From Flavobacteriaceae bacterium (GTDB lineage Bacteria; Bacteroidota; Bacteroidia; Flavobacteriales; Flavobacteriaceae), in the NCBI GenBank assembly GCA_049596955.1, contig JBMYMD010000002.1, forward strand, positions 7,107-71,106: a stretch of 64,000 nt of DNA, in the 5' to 3' direction. The translations under genes and the position numbers were made by a program. This document shows positions 28,146 to 38,627 of the stretch, in pieces. Numbering within the stretch: the first letter of the stretch is position 1; each line of letters opens with the position of its first letter. Below the pieces are notes generated by a model, which was given only the letters and a program-made list of their open reading frames with translations, was not told the DNA's origin and searched no databases.

Positions 28146-29678
28146 TTGGAAAAAAAGATACAAAACGCCCTTATCTCGGTATTTCACAAAGAAGGGCTTG
28201 AGCCTATAGTTCAAAAACTGAAGAAATTAGGTGTTCGCATATACTCTACTGGAGGAACAGAAAAATTCATAAAAGAATGCGGAGTCGATGTTATTCCTAT
28301 TGAAGATTTAACGGCATACCCCTCTATCTTAGGAGGTCGAGTAAAAACACTTCACCCAAAAGTCTTTGGCGGTATTTTAAATCGTCAAGACGTGAATTCT
28401 GATCAGGAAGAATGCAGCAAGTACGACATTCCACAACTCGATTTAGTCATCGTAGATCTTTATCCATTCGAGAAAACCGTAGCTTCAGGTCAAAGCCATA
28501 CAGATATCATTGAAAAAATAGATATTGGTGGAATTTCATTGATCAGAGCTGCAGCAAAAAATTACAAAGATGTACTCTGTATTTCCTCACAAGACCAATA
28601 CGCAGGACTATTAGAAATCTTAAGCAATAAGGAGGCTAAGACCAACTTGGAAGAAAGGCAGCGTTTTGCAGCGGCTTCATTTCAACTTTCGTCGCATTAC
28701 GACACGGCCATATTCAATTATTTCACAGGACAAAACGAAGACTCAGACCCTGTTTTAAAATTGAGCGAACAGCAACATATGCCTCTTAGATACGGAGAAA
28801 ATCCACATCAAAAAGGAAGGTTTTTTGGAGACTTCAACGGCTTGTTTGATCAGCTTCACGGAAAGGCACTTTCCTATAACAACTTACTCGATATCGATGC
28901 TGCCGTTCAACTCATGCGAGAATTTAAAGACGACTCTCCCACATTTGCCATTCTCAAACACAATAATGCATGTGGATTAGCCACTAGGGACAATGTTCAT
29001 CAAGCCTATGTAGATGCTCTTGCAGGCGACCCTATTTCTGCTTTTGGCGGCATCTTAATTGCAAACACTACTATCGATTTAAAGACGGCAGAAGAAATAT
29101 CAAGCTTGTTTTGTGAGGTAGTCATTGCACCAGAATTTGATGCTGAAGCACAGGTCAAACTACAAGAAAAAAAGAATCGCATATTACTTGTTCAAAAAAA
29201 TTGGAATTTGCCTAAAACACAAGTCAGAACAGCACTTAACGGTTACTTATGGCAAGAACAAGACAGTCTAACCGAAACCCAAGATCAATTAAAAACTGTA
29301 ACCACAATTAGCCCAAGTCAAGATGAAATTGACGACTTGCTTTTTGCAGCAAAAATTTGCAAACACACCAAGAGTAACACTATAGTTTTAGCCAAAAACC
29401 GTCAACTTATCGCCTCGGGAACAGGACAAACTTCTCGAGTAGACGCACTTAGACAAGCGATACAGAAAGCAAAAGCATTCAAATTTGAACTCGAAGGAGC
29501 GGTAATGGCTAGTGATGCCTTTTTTCCTTTTCCAGACTGTGTTGAAATTGCCCACAATGAAAAAATCTCTTCCGTAATACAACCTGGAGGATCGATCAAA
29601 GACGAGTTGAGTATAAATTTTTGCAATAATGCAAAAATGTCAATGTTAATGACCGGAATTCGTCATTTTAAACACTAA
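28146..29678 (+). CDS. purH: bifunctional AICAR formyltransferase / IMP cyclohydrolase PurH
   Basis: ALISVFHKEGLEP, STGGT, GGRVKTLHP, VIVDLYPF and the C-terminal MTGIRHFKH. It has a TTG start according to the ORF track. Confidence 0.95.
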   Translation: MEKKIQNALISVFHKEGLEPIVQKLKKLGVRIYSTGGTEKFIKECGVDVIPIEDLTAYPSILGGRVKTLHPKVFGGILNRQDVNSDQEECSKYDIPQLDLVIVDLYPFEKTVASGQSHTDIIEKIDIGGISLIRAAAKNYKDVLCISSQDQYAGLLEILSNKEAKTNLEERQRFAAASFQLSSHYDTAIFNYFTGQNEDSDPVLKLSEQQHMPLRYGENPHQKGRFFGDFNGLFDQLHGKALSYNNLLDIDAAVQLMREFKDDSPTFAILKHNNACGLATRDNVHQAYVDALAGDPISAFGGILIANTTIDLKTAEEISSLFCEVVIAPEFDAEAQVKLQEKKNRILLVQKNWNLPKTQVRTALNGYLWQEQDSLTETQDQLKTVTTISPSQDEIDDLLFAAKICKHTKSNTIVLAKNRQLIASGTGQTSRVDALRQAIQKAKAFKFELEGAVMASDAFFPFPDCVEIAHNEKISSVIQPGGSIKDELSINFCNNAKMSMLMTGIRHFKH

Positions 29679-29733
29679 AAATCTTACATTTACAAGAGTA
29701 GTAGTTACGTTAAATTAAAACCCCTTATTTGAT

Positions 29734-30762
29734 ATGGCATTTCTTGATTTCCTAACCGAAGAAATCGCTATTGACCTCGGAACGGCCAATACCCTCATAA
29801 TACATAATGACAAAGTTGTTGTCGACTCTCCTTCTATTGTAGCTCGTGATCGCAGCTCTGGTAAAATTATTGCAGTAGGTCGAGAGGCCAATATGATGCA
29901 AGGAAAGACGCATGAAAATATCAAAACCATTCGTCCTCTTAAAGATGGAGTCATTGCAGACTTTGACGCATCGGAAAAAATGATCAGTATGCTAATCAAG
30001 GCGATTCCAGCATTGAAGAAAAAATTATTTCCACCTTCACTTCGTATGGTGATTTGTATTCCATCAGGCATTACTGAAGTAGAAATGCGCGCTGTTAAAG
30101 AATCAGCTGAACGAGTTAACGGCAAAGAGGTACATCTAATACACGAACCCATGGCAGCGGCTATCGGTATCGGTTTAGACATCATGGAACCAAAAGGAAA
30201 TATGATTGTTGATATAGGTGGAGGAACCACTGAAATAGCAGTTATTGCTTTAGGAGGTATTGTTTGCGACCGTTCGGTTAAAATTGCAGGAGACGTCTTT
30301 ACCAACGACATTGTAAATTATATGCGTACGCAGTTTAACCTCTTTATTGGTGAGAGTACAGGTGAAAAAATAAAAATTGAATGTGGCTCAGCACTTGACG
30401 ACCTAGAGAATCCACCAAATGAAATGGAGATTCAAGGTAGAGATCTTTTAACCGGAAAACCTAAGTCTGTGTTAATGACGCACAAAGACGTAGCAAAAGC
30501 CTTAGATAAGAGTATCATTCGAATTGAAGACGCTGTCATGGAAACACTTTCTCAAACTCCTCCCGAACTCGCATCGGACATTTACAATTCAGGAATATAC
30601 TTAGCAGGTGGAGGGGCCCTACTCAGAGGACTAGACACCAGACTTTCAAACAAAACAGATTTACCCGTTTATATTTCAGAAGACCCCTTACGAGCAGTAG
30701 TACGGGGAACAGGCATTGCCCTTAAAAATTTAGAAATCTTTAAAAATATTTTAGTGAGGTAA
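29734..30762 (+). CDS. mreB: rod shape-determining protein MreB
   Basis: Actin-fold blocks IAIDLGTANTLI, DIGGGTTEIAVI and YLAGGGALLRGLD. Confidence 0.97.
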   Translation: MAFLDFLTEEIAIDLGTANTLIIHNDKVVVDSPSIVARDRSSGKIIAVGREANMMQGKTHENIKTIRPLKDGVIADFDASEKMISMLIKAIPALKKKLFPPSLRMVICIPSGITEVEMRAVKESAERVNGKEVHLIHEPMAAAIGIGLDIMEPKGNMIVDIGGGTTEIAVIALGGIVCDRSVKIAGDVFTNDIVNYMRTQFNLFIGESTGEKIKIECGSALDDLENPPNEMEIQGRDLLTGKPKSVLMTHKDVAKALDKSIIRIEDAVMETLSQTPPELASDIYNSGIYLAGGGALLRGLDTRLSNKTDLPVYISEDPLRAVVRGTGIALKNLEIFKNILVR

Positions 30763-30779
30763 TACGTTGAATCTGTGAT

Positions 30780-31613
30780 ATGCAGCAAATCATTTCATTC
30801 TTATTTAAAAGACAAGTAGAACTTCTCTACCTTCTGTTACTATTGATAAGTTTGATGCTGAGTATCAATTCTCACTCTTATCATCAAAGACAATATTTAA
30901 ACTCGGCCAATGCACTTAGCAGTGGATTGCAGCTGTGGAGCACCGAAGCCTTTACTTATTTTGATTTGAAAAAGGTAAACAGCGCATTGAATGAAGAAAA
31001 CGTAGCGTTAAAAAACGAGCTGGAACAGTTAAAAAGTTCTGTTCAGCTATTAAACCGAGCTGCATTAAATACTGCATTCGGTGAGAGTCAATTCAAATAT
31101 TATTCAGCAAAAATTATCAAGAACAGTATTAGTCGTTATAGAAATTACCTCACCATCGATCTAGGTGCCAATGATAAGGTGACCACTGACATGGGCGTTA
31201 TTAATGAAAAAGGAATCGTGGGGGTAGTAGACGAAGTATCTGCACAATATGCAACTATCGCTTCGGTAGCACATGCAGATGTACAAATCAATGCCAAGCT
31301 CAAAAATTCAGACCACTTTGGTTTTCTAAGTTGGGATGGATTAGACTATACATTATTCAATTTATTTGACGTTCCTAAAAATGCAGCTGTTTCGCTTGGT
31401 GACACTATAGTCACCGGAGGAATGTCCAATATTTTTCCAGAAGATATTTTAATTGGAACTGTGGTAGATTACAGCATTCCGAACAACCAAAGTTTTTATG
31501 AGATCACGGTTAAATTGAACAATGATTTAGCCAACCTTGATTACGTTAAATTGATCTCCAATAAAAACAAAAATGAAATCAGTACACTTCAGTCTAAAAC
31601 CACTCTTGAATGA
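30780..31613 (+). CDS. mreC: rod shape-determining protein MreC
   Basis: N-terminal TM helix, coiled coil (ENVALKNELEQLK) and a beta-barrel domain (GIVGVVDEVS...). It sits between mreB and mreD. Confidence 0.85.
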   Translation: MQQIISFLFKRQVELLYLLLLLISLMLSINSHSYHQRQYLNSANALSSGLQLWSTEAFTYFDLKKVNSALNEENVALKNELEQLKSSVQLLNRAALNTAFGESQFKYYSAKIIKNSISRYRNYLTIDLGANDKVTTDMGVINEKGIVGVVDEVSAQYATIASVAHADVQINAKLKNSDHFGFLSWDGLDYTLFNLFDVPKNAAVSLGDTIVTGGMSNIFPEDILIGTVVDYSIPNNQSFYEITVKLNNDLANLDYVKLISNKNKNEISTLQSKTTLE

Positions 31614-32116
31614 TTACCAATGATCTAGGAAATCTCGCCCTACGTTTTATTGGATTAATATTTGTTCAAGTGTTAATTCTAAATAACCTCATTGTTTTCG
31701 GACAATATATCCCTTTCATTCCTGCACTTTTTCTGTTTTGGTTTCCGATGTATATTCCAAAAAATATCATGATGGTGGTGGCCTTTTTTCTTGGACTGAT
31801 CATCGATATATTTACTGATACAGTTGCGTTTCACGCATTTTCTTTAAGTACAATAGCTTATTTACGTCCTAGCATCTTAAAATTTTGCTTTGGAAATAAT
31901 ATTGAATTTCAAAGCAATCATTTTCAAGGTACTTCCAGAGTTCAAAGACTGAGTTTTTTGTTCATACTGTTGTCCCTCGAAGCATTTTTGTTTTTCATCT
32001 TAGAAATATTCAATTTTAAACACATCTTACTTATTTTTAACAAAACAGTGCTCACCACATTTTTAAGTTTCGGAGTTAGTTTAATTATCACCTCTATAAT
32101 ACCTAGGAATATCTAA
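31610..32116 (+). CDS. mreD: rod shape-determining protein MreD
   Basis: Polytopic 168-aa membrane protein. It has a 4-nt overlap with mreC and directly abuts the PBP2 gene. Confidence 0.75.
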   Translation: MITNDLGNLALRFIGLIFVQVLILNNLIVFGQYIPFIPALFLFWFPMYIPKNIMMVVAFFLGLIIDIFTDTVAFHAFSLSTIAYLRPSILKFCFGNNIEFQSNHFQGTSRVQRLSFLFILLSLEAFLFFILEIFNFKHILLIFNKTVLTTFLSFGVSLIITSIIPRNI

Positions 32117-33988
32117 ATGCAACGATTTGTTTTTAATATACTGACCACACTCATAGGCCTTACTTTCATTTTTAGGTTGGGGTATTTACAGATCATTAAA
32201 TACGACAAGAGCAAACAAATGATGGACAACCTGGCCATCAAAGTTGAAAAAACATATCCAGAGCGCGGTTTTATCTACGACAGAAATAACCAATTACTCG
32301 TTGCCAATCAACCGGCCTATGACATTATGGTCATACCTCGAGATATTGAGAATTTAGATACTTTAGCCTTCTGTCAAATGCTTAATATCAGCAAAAAACA
32401 ACTTGACAAAACCTTGGCGCGAGCCAAGCGATATTCCACTCGATTACCTTCTGTTGTACTGTCGAATTTATCTAAAAATGAATACGCCGTTTTTCAAGAA
32501 AAAATGAGGCGTTTTCCTGGTTTTTTCGTTCGTGCAAAATCATTGAGAGATTACTACACTGCAGCTGGAGCGAATGTACTTGGATACATCTCAGAAGTCA
32601 ATCAAGACGATATTAATAAGAACGCTTACTATATCCAAGGTGAAAATATCGGTCGCACTGGAATCGAAAAACAATATGAGAAATACTTAAGAGGGAGCAA
32701 AGGCGTAAAATACATTCAAAAAGACCGTTTCAATAGAGAAATAGGTCCCTATGAAAACGGTATATATGATACCCTAGCTAGAATTGGACTTGATATTAAT
32801 ATCACCATAGATAAAGAACTCCAAGAGTATGCCGAAAAGCTCATGAACGGGAAAAGAGGAGGAATCGTTGCGCTCGAACCCAAAACAGGAGAAATTTTGA
32901 GTATGGTCAGCGGACCAACCTATGACCCATCGCTTCTTGTAGGACGAAAAAGATCAAAAAATTATACCAAATTACATTACGACTCCATTTCAAAACCTAC
33001 TTGGGACCGTTCCATACTAGCTGAACCTTCTCCTGGTTCTCCTTTCAAGGTCTTAAATGCGCTTGCTGCCCTTCAAGAAGGCACACTCGATCAAAACGAA
33101 AAAGTACGCTGTTATGAAGGCTTTTATGTGGGTGGTGTAAAAAGAGGGTGTCACTGCGGTGGTGGTCATCGCGATTTAAATGACGGAATTCGACACTCGT
33201 GTAATGCCTATTTCGCAGATGTTTTCAAAAATTTTTACGACAAGTATGAAAATACTGCTCAAGCTCACGACTCTTGGACAAAGCACATGAAAAGTTTTGG
33301 ACTTGGAAACTATTTGGGAACAGATCTGCCCACAGGTCGACCAGGGCGAATTCCAAACAATGCATATTACGATAGAGCCTATGGAAAAAATAAATGGTAC
33401 AATAGTTATATCATTTCTAATGCCATAGGTCAAGGTGAAGTAGCCGCTACTCCTATACAACTTGCCAATATGACAGCGGCCATTGCCAATAGAGGTTATT
33501 TTATCACTCCTCATATCATTAAAAATATTTCAGACGGTTCAGAAATTCCATCGAGATTTAAACGAAAACGATTTACATCAATTGATAGCAAGCACTTTGA
33601 TCCCATTATAAAAGGTATGAGTGAAGTCTACAAAAGAGGAACTGCGAGATGGCTTCAAGTGCCTGAGGTTGAAATTGCCGGAAAAACAGGAACGGTAGAA
33701 AATTTCACCATCATAAATGGTGTAAAAACACAGTTGACCGACCACTCAGTGTTCGTAGCCTTTGCTCCTGTTGAAAATCCGAGGATAGCCCTGGCGGTTT
33801 ATATTGAACATGGCTATTACGGAGCGCGTTATGCAGGACACATCGCTTCTTTGATGATCGAAAAATACATCAAAGGAGAAATCAGCCGAAAAGATTTAGA
33901 AGCGCGTATGTTGACCAAAACACTCGATCGTGAATACGCCAAGCCACTAAGTGGAGAGCCTTTCGAAATCAACGAGTATGTCTGGTAA
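32117..33988 (+). CDS. mrdA: penicillin-binding protein 2 (elongasome transpeptidase)
   Basis: PBP dimerisation domain plus the transpeptidase motifs SPGSPFK (SxxK), SCN (SxN) and KTGT. Confidence 0.93.
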   Translation: MQRFVFNILTTLIGLTFIFRLGYLQIIKYDKSKQMMDNLAIKVEKTYPERGFIYDRNNQLLVANQPAYDIMVIPRDIENLDTLAFCQMLNISKKQLDKTLARAKRYSTRLPSVVLSNLSKNEYAVFQEKMRRFPGFFVRAKSLRDYYTAAGANVLGYISEVNQDDINKNAYYIQGENIGRTGIEKQYEKYLRGSKGVKYIQKDRFNREIGPYENGIYDTLARIGLDINITIDKELQEYAEKLMNGKRGGIVALEPKTGEILSMVSGPTYDPSLLVGRKRSKNYTKLHYDSISKPTWDRSILAEPSPGSPFKVLNALAALQEGTLDQNEKVRCYEGFYVGGVKRGCHCGGGHRDLNDGIRHSCNAYFADVFKNFYDKYENTAQAHDSWTKHMKSFGLGNYLGTDLPTGRPGRIPNNAYYDRAYGKNKWYNSYIISNAIGQGEVAATPIQLANMTAAIANRGYFITPHIIKNISDGSEIPSRFKRKRFTSIDSKHFDPIIKGMSEVYKRGTARWLQVPEVEIAGKTGTVENFTIINGVKTQLTDHSVFVAFAPVENPRIALAVYIEHGYYGARYAGHIASLMIEKYIKGEISRKDLEARMLTKTLDREYAKPLSGEPFEINEYVW

Positions 33989-35267
33989 ATCATTTCTTTG
34001 GAGAGTCGATTGGCTCGTTATACTGCTTTACGTTTCACTCAGTTTTTTCGGATGGCTAAACCTGTATTCAACAACCGTTAGCGACACCGACGCCTCTTTA
34101 TTCGATTTTAGCACCTATTATGGAAAACAGCTTTTCTTCTTTTGCTTATCTATTGTGATGTTTTTCAGCATCTCACTTCTAGACGATCGATTTTTTGAGC
34201 GCTTTTCGTCCATTTTTTACTTCGTAGGCTTATTTCTACTCATCGGTTTATTTGTCTTTGGAGAAACTATAGCTGGAGCAACATCCTGGTATGATTTGGG
34301 CGCCTTTAATTTTCAGCCTTCCGAATTTGCCAAGCTTACTACTGTATTGGGATTAGCCAAATACCTAAGTGACTTTCAAACCGATATCAAAAAAACATCT
34401 AGCCAGGCATTTGCAGTTCTTTTAATTCTAGCACCGGTAATACTGATAGTTCCGCAACCTGATCCCGGAAGTGCACTTATCTTTTTGGCTTTGTTTTTGG
34501 TTTTATTTTACGAGGGATTTCCTATTTACTTTCTCGTCTTTGCCATTGTATTAGCCCTTTTGTTTGGACTTACATTAATCTTTGATGCAATACTTATAGG
34601 GATTATTTACGGTGTATTACTGCTTTTTTACTTTGGATTTAAATCGCCAAGGATTAAAGTTCCGAGGATAACTATGACGACTTTTGTACTTTTTTCTGGT
34701 TTAATTATCTCGGGAACAACTTATGTGTTTGAAGAAGTGTTTGAAGACCGTCACCGAGACCGATTCAATTTATGGTTGAACCTTGAGAAAAATACAAATG
34801 AACTTGAATCTATTCGCAAAAGTATCGGATACAACACAATTCAGGCAGAAGAAGCCATCGCCTCAGGTAGATGGTTCGGGAAAGGATTTTTAAAAGGAAC
34901 TCGAACAAAAGGAGATTTCGTTCCTCAACAACATACCGACTACATCTTTAGTTCTGTGGGCGAGGAATGGGGGTTTGTAGCATCTGCTTTGGTCATCGTT
35001 GCTTTCGTAGTTTTACTCAATAGATTAGTGAAAATTGCAGAGCGTCAAAAAAGACATTTTAATCGCCTATTCGGTTATGGAATTACGGCAATACTGTTGT
35101 TTCACTTTGTAATCAACATCGGTATGGTTCTAGGGCTTTTACCAACTATAGGCATCCCTTTGCCGTTTTTTAGCTATGGCGGTTCAGGACAATTATTTAT
35201 GTCTTTAATGCTGTTTATACTCCTCAAAATGGACGCCAATAGGCTGAATCAAGATGGAGGACTTTAA
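33978..35267 (+). CDS. rodA: rod shape-determining protein RodA (SEDS family)
   Basis: FtsW/RodA/SpoVE blocks: PSEFAKL, QPDPGSA, DFVPQQHTDYIFS, LPFFSYGGS. The start is set at the ATG at 33978, which gives an 11-nt overlap with mrdA. The ORF track GTG at 33951 is an alternative. Confidence 0.9.
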   Translation: MSGKSFLWRVDWLVILLYVSLSFFGWLNLYSTTVSDTDASLFDFSTYYGKQLFFFCLSIVMFFSISLLDDRFFERFSSIFYFVGLFLLIGLFVFGETIAGATSWYDLGAFNFQPSEFAKLTTVLGLAKYLSDFQTDIKKTSSQAFAVLLILAPVILIVPQPDPGSALIFLALFLVLFYEGFPIYFLVFAIVLALLFGLTLIFDAILIGIIYGVLLLFYFGFKSPRIKVPRITMTTFVLFSGLIISGTTYVFEEVFEDRHRDRFNLWLNLEKNTNELESIRKSIGYNTIQAEEAIASGRWFGKGFLKGTRTKGDFVPQQHTDYIFSSVGEEWGFVASALVIVAFVVLLNRLVKIAERQKRHFNRLFGYGITAILLFHFVINIGMVLGLLPTIGIPLPFFSYGGSGQLFMSLMLFILLKMDANRLNQDGGL

Positions 35268-35268
35268 T

Positions 35269-37404
35269 CTACCCCTTAATTGACGATGGCCTTTTAAAAG
35301 TATACTTTTTCAAGTCTTTTAGTACTTCTACAGCTTCTTCGACGTACAAATCTCGAGAGAGTTCCTTATGCCACCTGTCTCTTTTTTCGCGAAGTATAGA
35401 ATCGGTAGAAAACAAACGCTCTTCGTCTTTCAAGGATGAAAAATTAAGTTTCGAATCATACTCATCCAACACATCAAATCGATCCGTTTCTGCTTTGAGC
35501 ACCTTTTCTTCTTCTAAGTATTTGTCGTAATTGAGAGAAACCAACTTGTTTTCGCGCTGCTCCATAATCCACTTTGCTTCCTGGTCAATAAGTTGCATTT
35601 CCTTTGACTTAGAAATACGGGCCTCACTATTTGCGATGATTTGTTCAAAATCAATTTCCTTCTCCCAAACCGAATAGTTCGTGGGTGAAATTTGGTCCCA
35701 TTTCATGGGATTATCGTGGTCGCGCTCACCAATGTCAATGTAGGAGTATCGATCTGGAAGGGGTATATCCGAAGTAACTCCTCTGAGTTGTGTTGAACCT
35801 CCATTGATGCGATAAAATTTCTGAGTAGTAATCTTTAAGGCACCTAATTCTCCAAATTCATTAGACCGCACAATATTGTCAAGTGGAATCAAATTCTGCA
35901 CCGTTCCTTTCCCGAAAGTCTGAGTACTTCCTAAAATAACCCCACGCTTGTAGTCTTGAATGGCCGCAGCTAAAATCTCTGAGGCAGAAGCAGACAACTC
36001 ATTGACGAGAATAACTAAAGGTCCATCCCATTGTACACGTTCATCATTATCCTCGTGAATTTCTTTGCGTTTACCTAGAGAACTCACTTGAACAATTGGG
36101 CCCTCTGAGATAAAGTATCCAGCCATATCAATAACGGTCTTCAACGAGCCTCCTCCATTGTTTCGCAAATCAAGTATAAGTCCTTCTACACCTTCTTTTT
36201 TTAAATTTTCGATCTCTTTCAACACATCTGTAGCGGCGTTTCGATTGTCATAATCTTCAAAATCGATATAAAACTTAGGGAGGTTAATCAAACCAAAATT
36301 ACTCTTCCCTTGATCTTCAATAATGACAGACTTAGCGTAAGACTCCTCTAATTCTACAACATCACGAACAATGGCTACCTCATCGATTTGCCCATCCACT
36401 CTTTTAACAGTCAAAAACACCTCTGTTCCCTTAGGTCCCTTGATAAGTTTGATCGCATCATCGATAGGCATACCGACAATATTTACGCTCAATTCTTCAC
36501 CTGCTTGCCTGACCTTCAAAATTTCATCTCCTACTTCTAGGGATTGAGCCCTCCAAACTGGACCACCTGAAATAATCTCTACAATTTTGGTTCCCTCGGG
36601 TTTTTTCTGAAGACGAGCTCCAATTCCCTCAAACTTTCCTGACATACTAATGTCAAAACGGTCTTTGTCCGTAGGGGCCATATAATAAGTGTGAGGATCG
36701 TATTCCTCTACTATGGCGTTTAAGAATTCTACGAAAGTATCTTCTTTATCAAAGTCTTCTAAAAAATCAAAATATTCAAAAAGATCTTTTCGAGTTTGTT
36801 CGCGAGATTCAGCTTCAATTTCTTTAAGCTTTGAGCGTTTTACGGCTTTTAACTCTACTTCATTTTCACTCAAGAAAGTTTCAATCTTAGAATCGTAGGT
36901 GTTTAGGGCATTCAACTTCAATTGTTTGCGCCAACGATTAGCCAATTCTTTTTCGGTCTCAACAAATCCTAATTCGTCATAGTCGACTAAAATTTCATCT
37001 TCTGAATAGAAGTCGAAAGGCTTGGAAAGTACTTTTTGATAGCGCTCTTTAGCTTGGCTTTGTCTCTGATCAAAACGCTCATATACTTTATTAAAAAAGC
37101 TCAAATCGGTATTTTTTATTTGATCGTCAATTTGAAATCGATAGGGCTCGAACTCTTCAAGATCTGAAGAGAGAAAGTATCGTTTTAGAGGATCTAAATT
37201 TTCAAATAAGCGATCAAAAACTTTTGAAGAAAAACGATCGTTGAGATTCTTAGGCTCATAGTGACCTTTCTCAAGCACGTAGCTGATTAAATCTATGAGC
37301 AGTTTATCTTTATCACTATCGTCAAAAGACGATTTATTGGTAAAACTGCAAGAGGCAACGGCTAAGAAAAAAAAGCCGAAACCAAAAATTAAATTCCTTT
37401 TCAT
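35269..37404 (-). CDS. carboxy-terminal processing (tail-specific) S41 peptidase
   Basis: Lipoprotein signal, a PDZ region (GDEILKV), and S41 catalytic blocks LILDLRNNGGG, VNELSASASEI and TFGKGTVQ. Confidence 0.9.
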   Translation of the reverse strand: MKRNLIFGFGFFFLAVASCSFTNKSSFDDSDKDKLLIDLISYVLEKGHYEPKNLNDRFSSKVFDRLFENLDPLKRYFLSSDLEEFEPYRFQIDDQIKNTDLSFFNKVYERFDQRQSQAKERYQKVLSKPFDFYSEDEILVDYDELGFVETEKELANRWRKQLKLNALNTYDSKIETFLSENEVELKAVKRSKLKEIEAESREQTRKDLFEYFDFLEDFDKEDTFVEFLNAIVEEYDPHTYYMAPTDKDRFDISMSGKFEGIGARLQKKPEGTKIVEIISGGPVWRAQSLEVGDEILKVRQAGEELSVNIVGMPIDDAIKLIKGPKGTEVFLTVKRVDGQIDEVAIVRDVVELEESYAKSVIIEDQGKSNFGLINLPKFYIDFEDYDNRNAATDVLKEIENLKKEGVEGLILDLRNNGGGSLKTVIDMAGYFISEGPIVQVSSLGKRKEIHEDNDERVQWDGPLVILVNELSASASEILAAAIQDYKRGVILGSTQTFGKGTVQNLIPLDNIVRSNEFGELGALKITTQKFYRINGGSTQLRGVTSDIPLPDRYSYIDIGERDHDNPMKWDQISPTNYSVWEKEIDFEQIIANSEARISKSKEMQLIDQEAKWIMEQRENKLVSLNYDKYLEEEKVLKAETDRFDVLDEYDSKLNFSSLKDEERLFSTDSILREKRDRWHKELSRDLYVEEAVEVLKDLKKYTFKRPSSIKG

Positions 37405-37483
37405 CTAAACAAACAATTATTTTACATTGTAAAACTCGTAAAGTTAAAGAAAAATTAATGCCAAAGCGAAGTTAAAAAGAACG

Positions 37484-37491
37484 TAAATTTG
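37484..37491 (+). promoter_or_regulatory. candidate -7 promoter box (TAaaTTTG) for surE
   Basis: Exact TAnnTTTG match, 13 nt upstream of the ATG at 37505. Confidence 0.35.
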
Positions 37492-37504
37492 ATAAACTAC
37501 AGTA

Positions 37505-38290
37505 ATGCACAAGCCTTTAATACTCATAACAAACGATGATGGAATCAATTCTAGAGGATTGAGAAGGCTTATTGAATTCATGCAAGAAATTGGAAATGTC
37601 TTTGTGGTAGCTCCTGACAGCCCTCAATCAGGAATGGGTCACGCAATAACATTAGACAGTACATTGAGTGTGCAAAAGGTAAGTTTACACGGTCTTGACA
37701 ACAAGTTTGAAGCATACAGTTGCAGTGGAACACCCGCAGACTGTGTAAAACTCGCGCTACAAGAATTATTGCCCGAAAAGCCAGATCTCTGTGTGTCTGG
37801 AATTAATCACGGCTCTAATGCCTCGATTAATGTCATTTACTCAGGAACAATGTCGGCTGCAATGGAAGCGGGAATTGAAGGAATCCCAGCCATAGGATTC
37901 TCCTTGTGTGATTTTGCGTATGATGCCGATTTTGAATCGTGTAAACACGGTGTACAGCTGTTGGTCAATGAGGCTTTACAGCATGGAATGCCAAAAGACA
38001 CCGTCTTGAATGTCAATTTCCCCAAAACTAGAGGAGAAGAACCTTATAAGGGAATACGAATATGTCGCCAAGCTAAGGCTAATTGGAAAGAGAGATTCGA
38101 TAAAAGACAAAGCCCTTCAGGTAAAGATTACTATTGGCTCACAGGAGATTTTCGATTATTAGATCAAGGAGAAGACACAGATATTAATGCCTTAGAAGAT
38201 TATTTTATCTCTGTAGTTCCTTGTCAATTTGATTTAACTGCGCATCACAGCATAGCAACTCTTAATTCTTGGAACATTCATGACAATTAA
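37505..38290 (+). CDS. surE: 5'/3'-nucleotidase SurE
   Basis: ILITNDDGINSRGL, GINHGSNAS and YSGTMSAAMEA. Confidence 0.93.
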   Translation: MHKPLILITNDDGINSRGLRRLIEFMQEIGNVFVVAPDSPQSGMGHAITLDSTLSVQKVSLHGLDNKFEAYSCSGTPADCVKLALQELLPEKPDLCVSGINHGSNASINVIYSGTMSAAMEAGIEGIPAIGFSLCDFAYDADFESCKHGVQLLVNEALQHGMPKDTVLNVNFPKTRGEEPYKGIRICRQAKANWKERFDKRQSPSGKDYYWLTGDFRLLDQGEDTDINALEDYFISVVPCQFDLTAHHSIATLNSWNIHDN

Positions 38291-38576
38291 ACAAAAGGAA
38301 ATCGCCTATGGTTTTTCAGTGGGCTTTGCCCTTCACTTTTTAGGCGTGTGCTTTTATATATTGCTATTTTCTAAACTGGGAATAGAAAAAAGCCTTGAAG
38401 TTGCCTACGAAGACGGTTATCTAGATAGTCTTTTAAGTTTAGGAGCAGTACTGGATTTAGGCGCCTTTTTCCTCATGCTCAAAAAGAACTTGGAACTTAG
38501 AGCGAGAGGGATTTTAATGTATACGATATTCTTAGCCGTAGGGCTTCTGCTTGGAAAGCTATTTTTTAATTTATAA
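38280..38576 (+). CDS. small membrane protein (3 predicted TM helices), function unknown
   Basis: ORF track. It is hydrophobic throughout, overlaps the surE 3' end by 11 nt, and lies between surE and lpxB. Confidence 0.5.
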   Translation: MTIKQKEIAYGFSVGFALHFLGVCFYILLFSKLGIEKSLEVAYEDGYLDSLLSLGAVLDLGAFFLMLKKNLELRARGILMYTIFLAVGLLLGKLFFNL

Positions 38577-38627
38577 ACTGCAAAAACAAAGAGTCGAACT
38601 TATCTATTTTAGAGCCAAACCGTTCAT

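Noticed and set aside
29715-30311. A 198-aa ORF antisense to mreB.
   Set aside because: It lies entirely within the strongly supported mreB gene on the opposite strand. Its product is low-complexity (S/I/P/A-rich) with no recognisable motif. This is a typical shadow ORF of a highly conserved gene.
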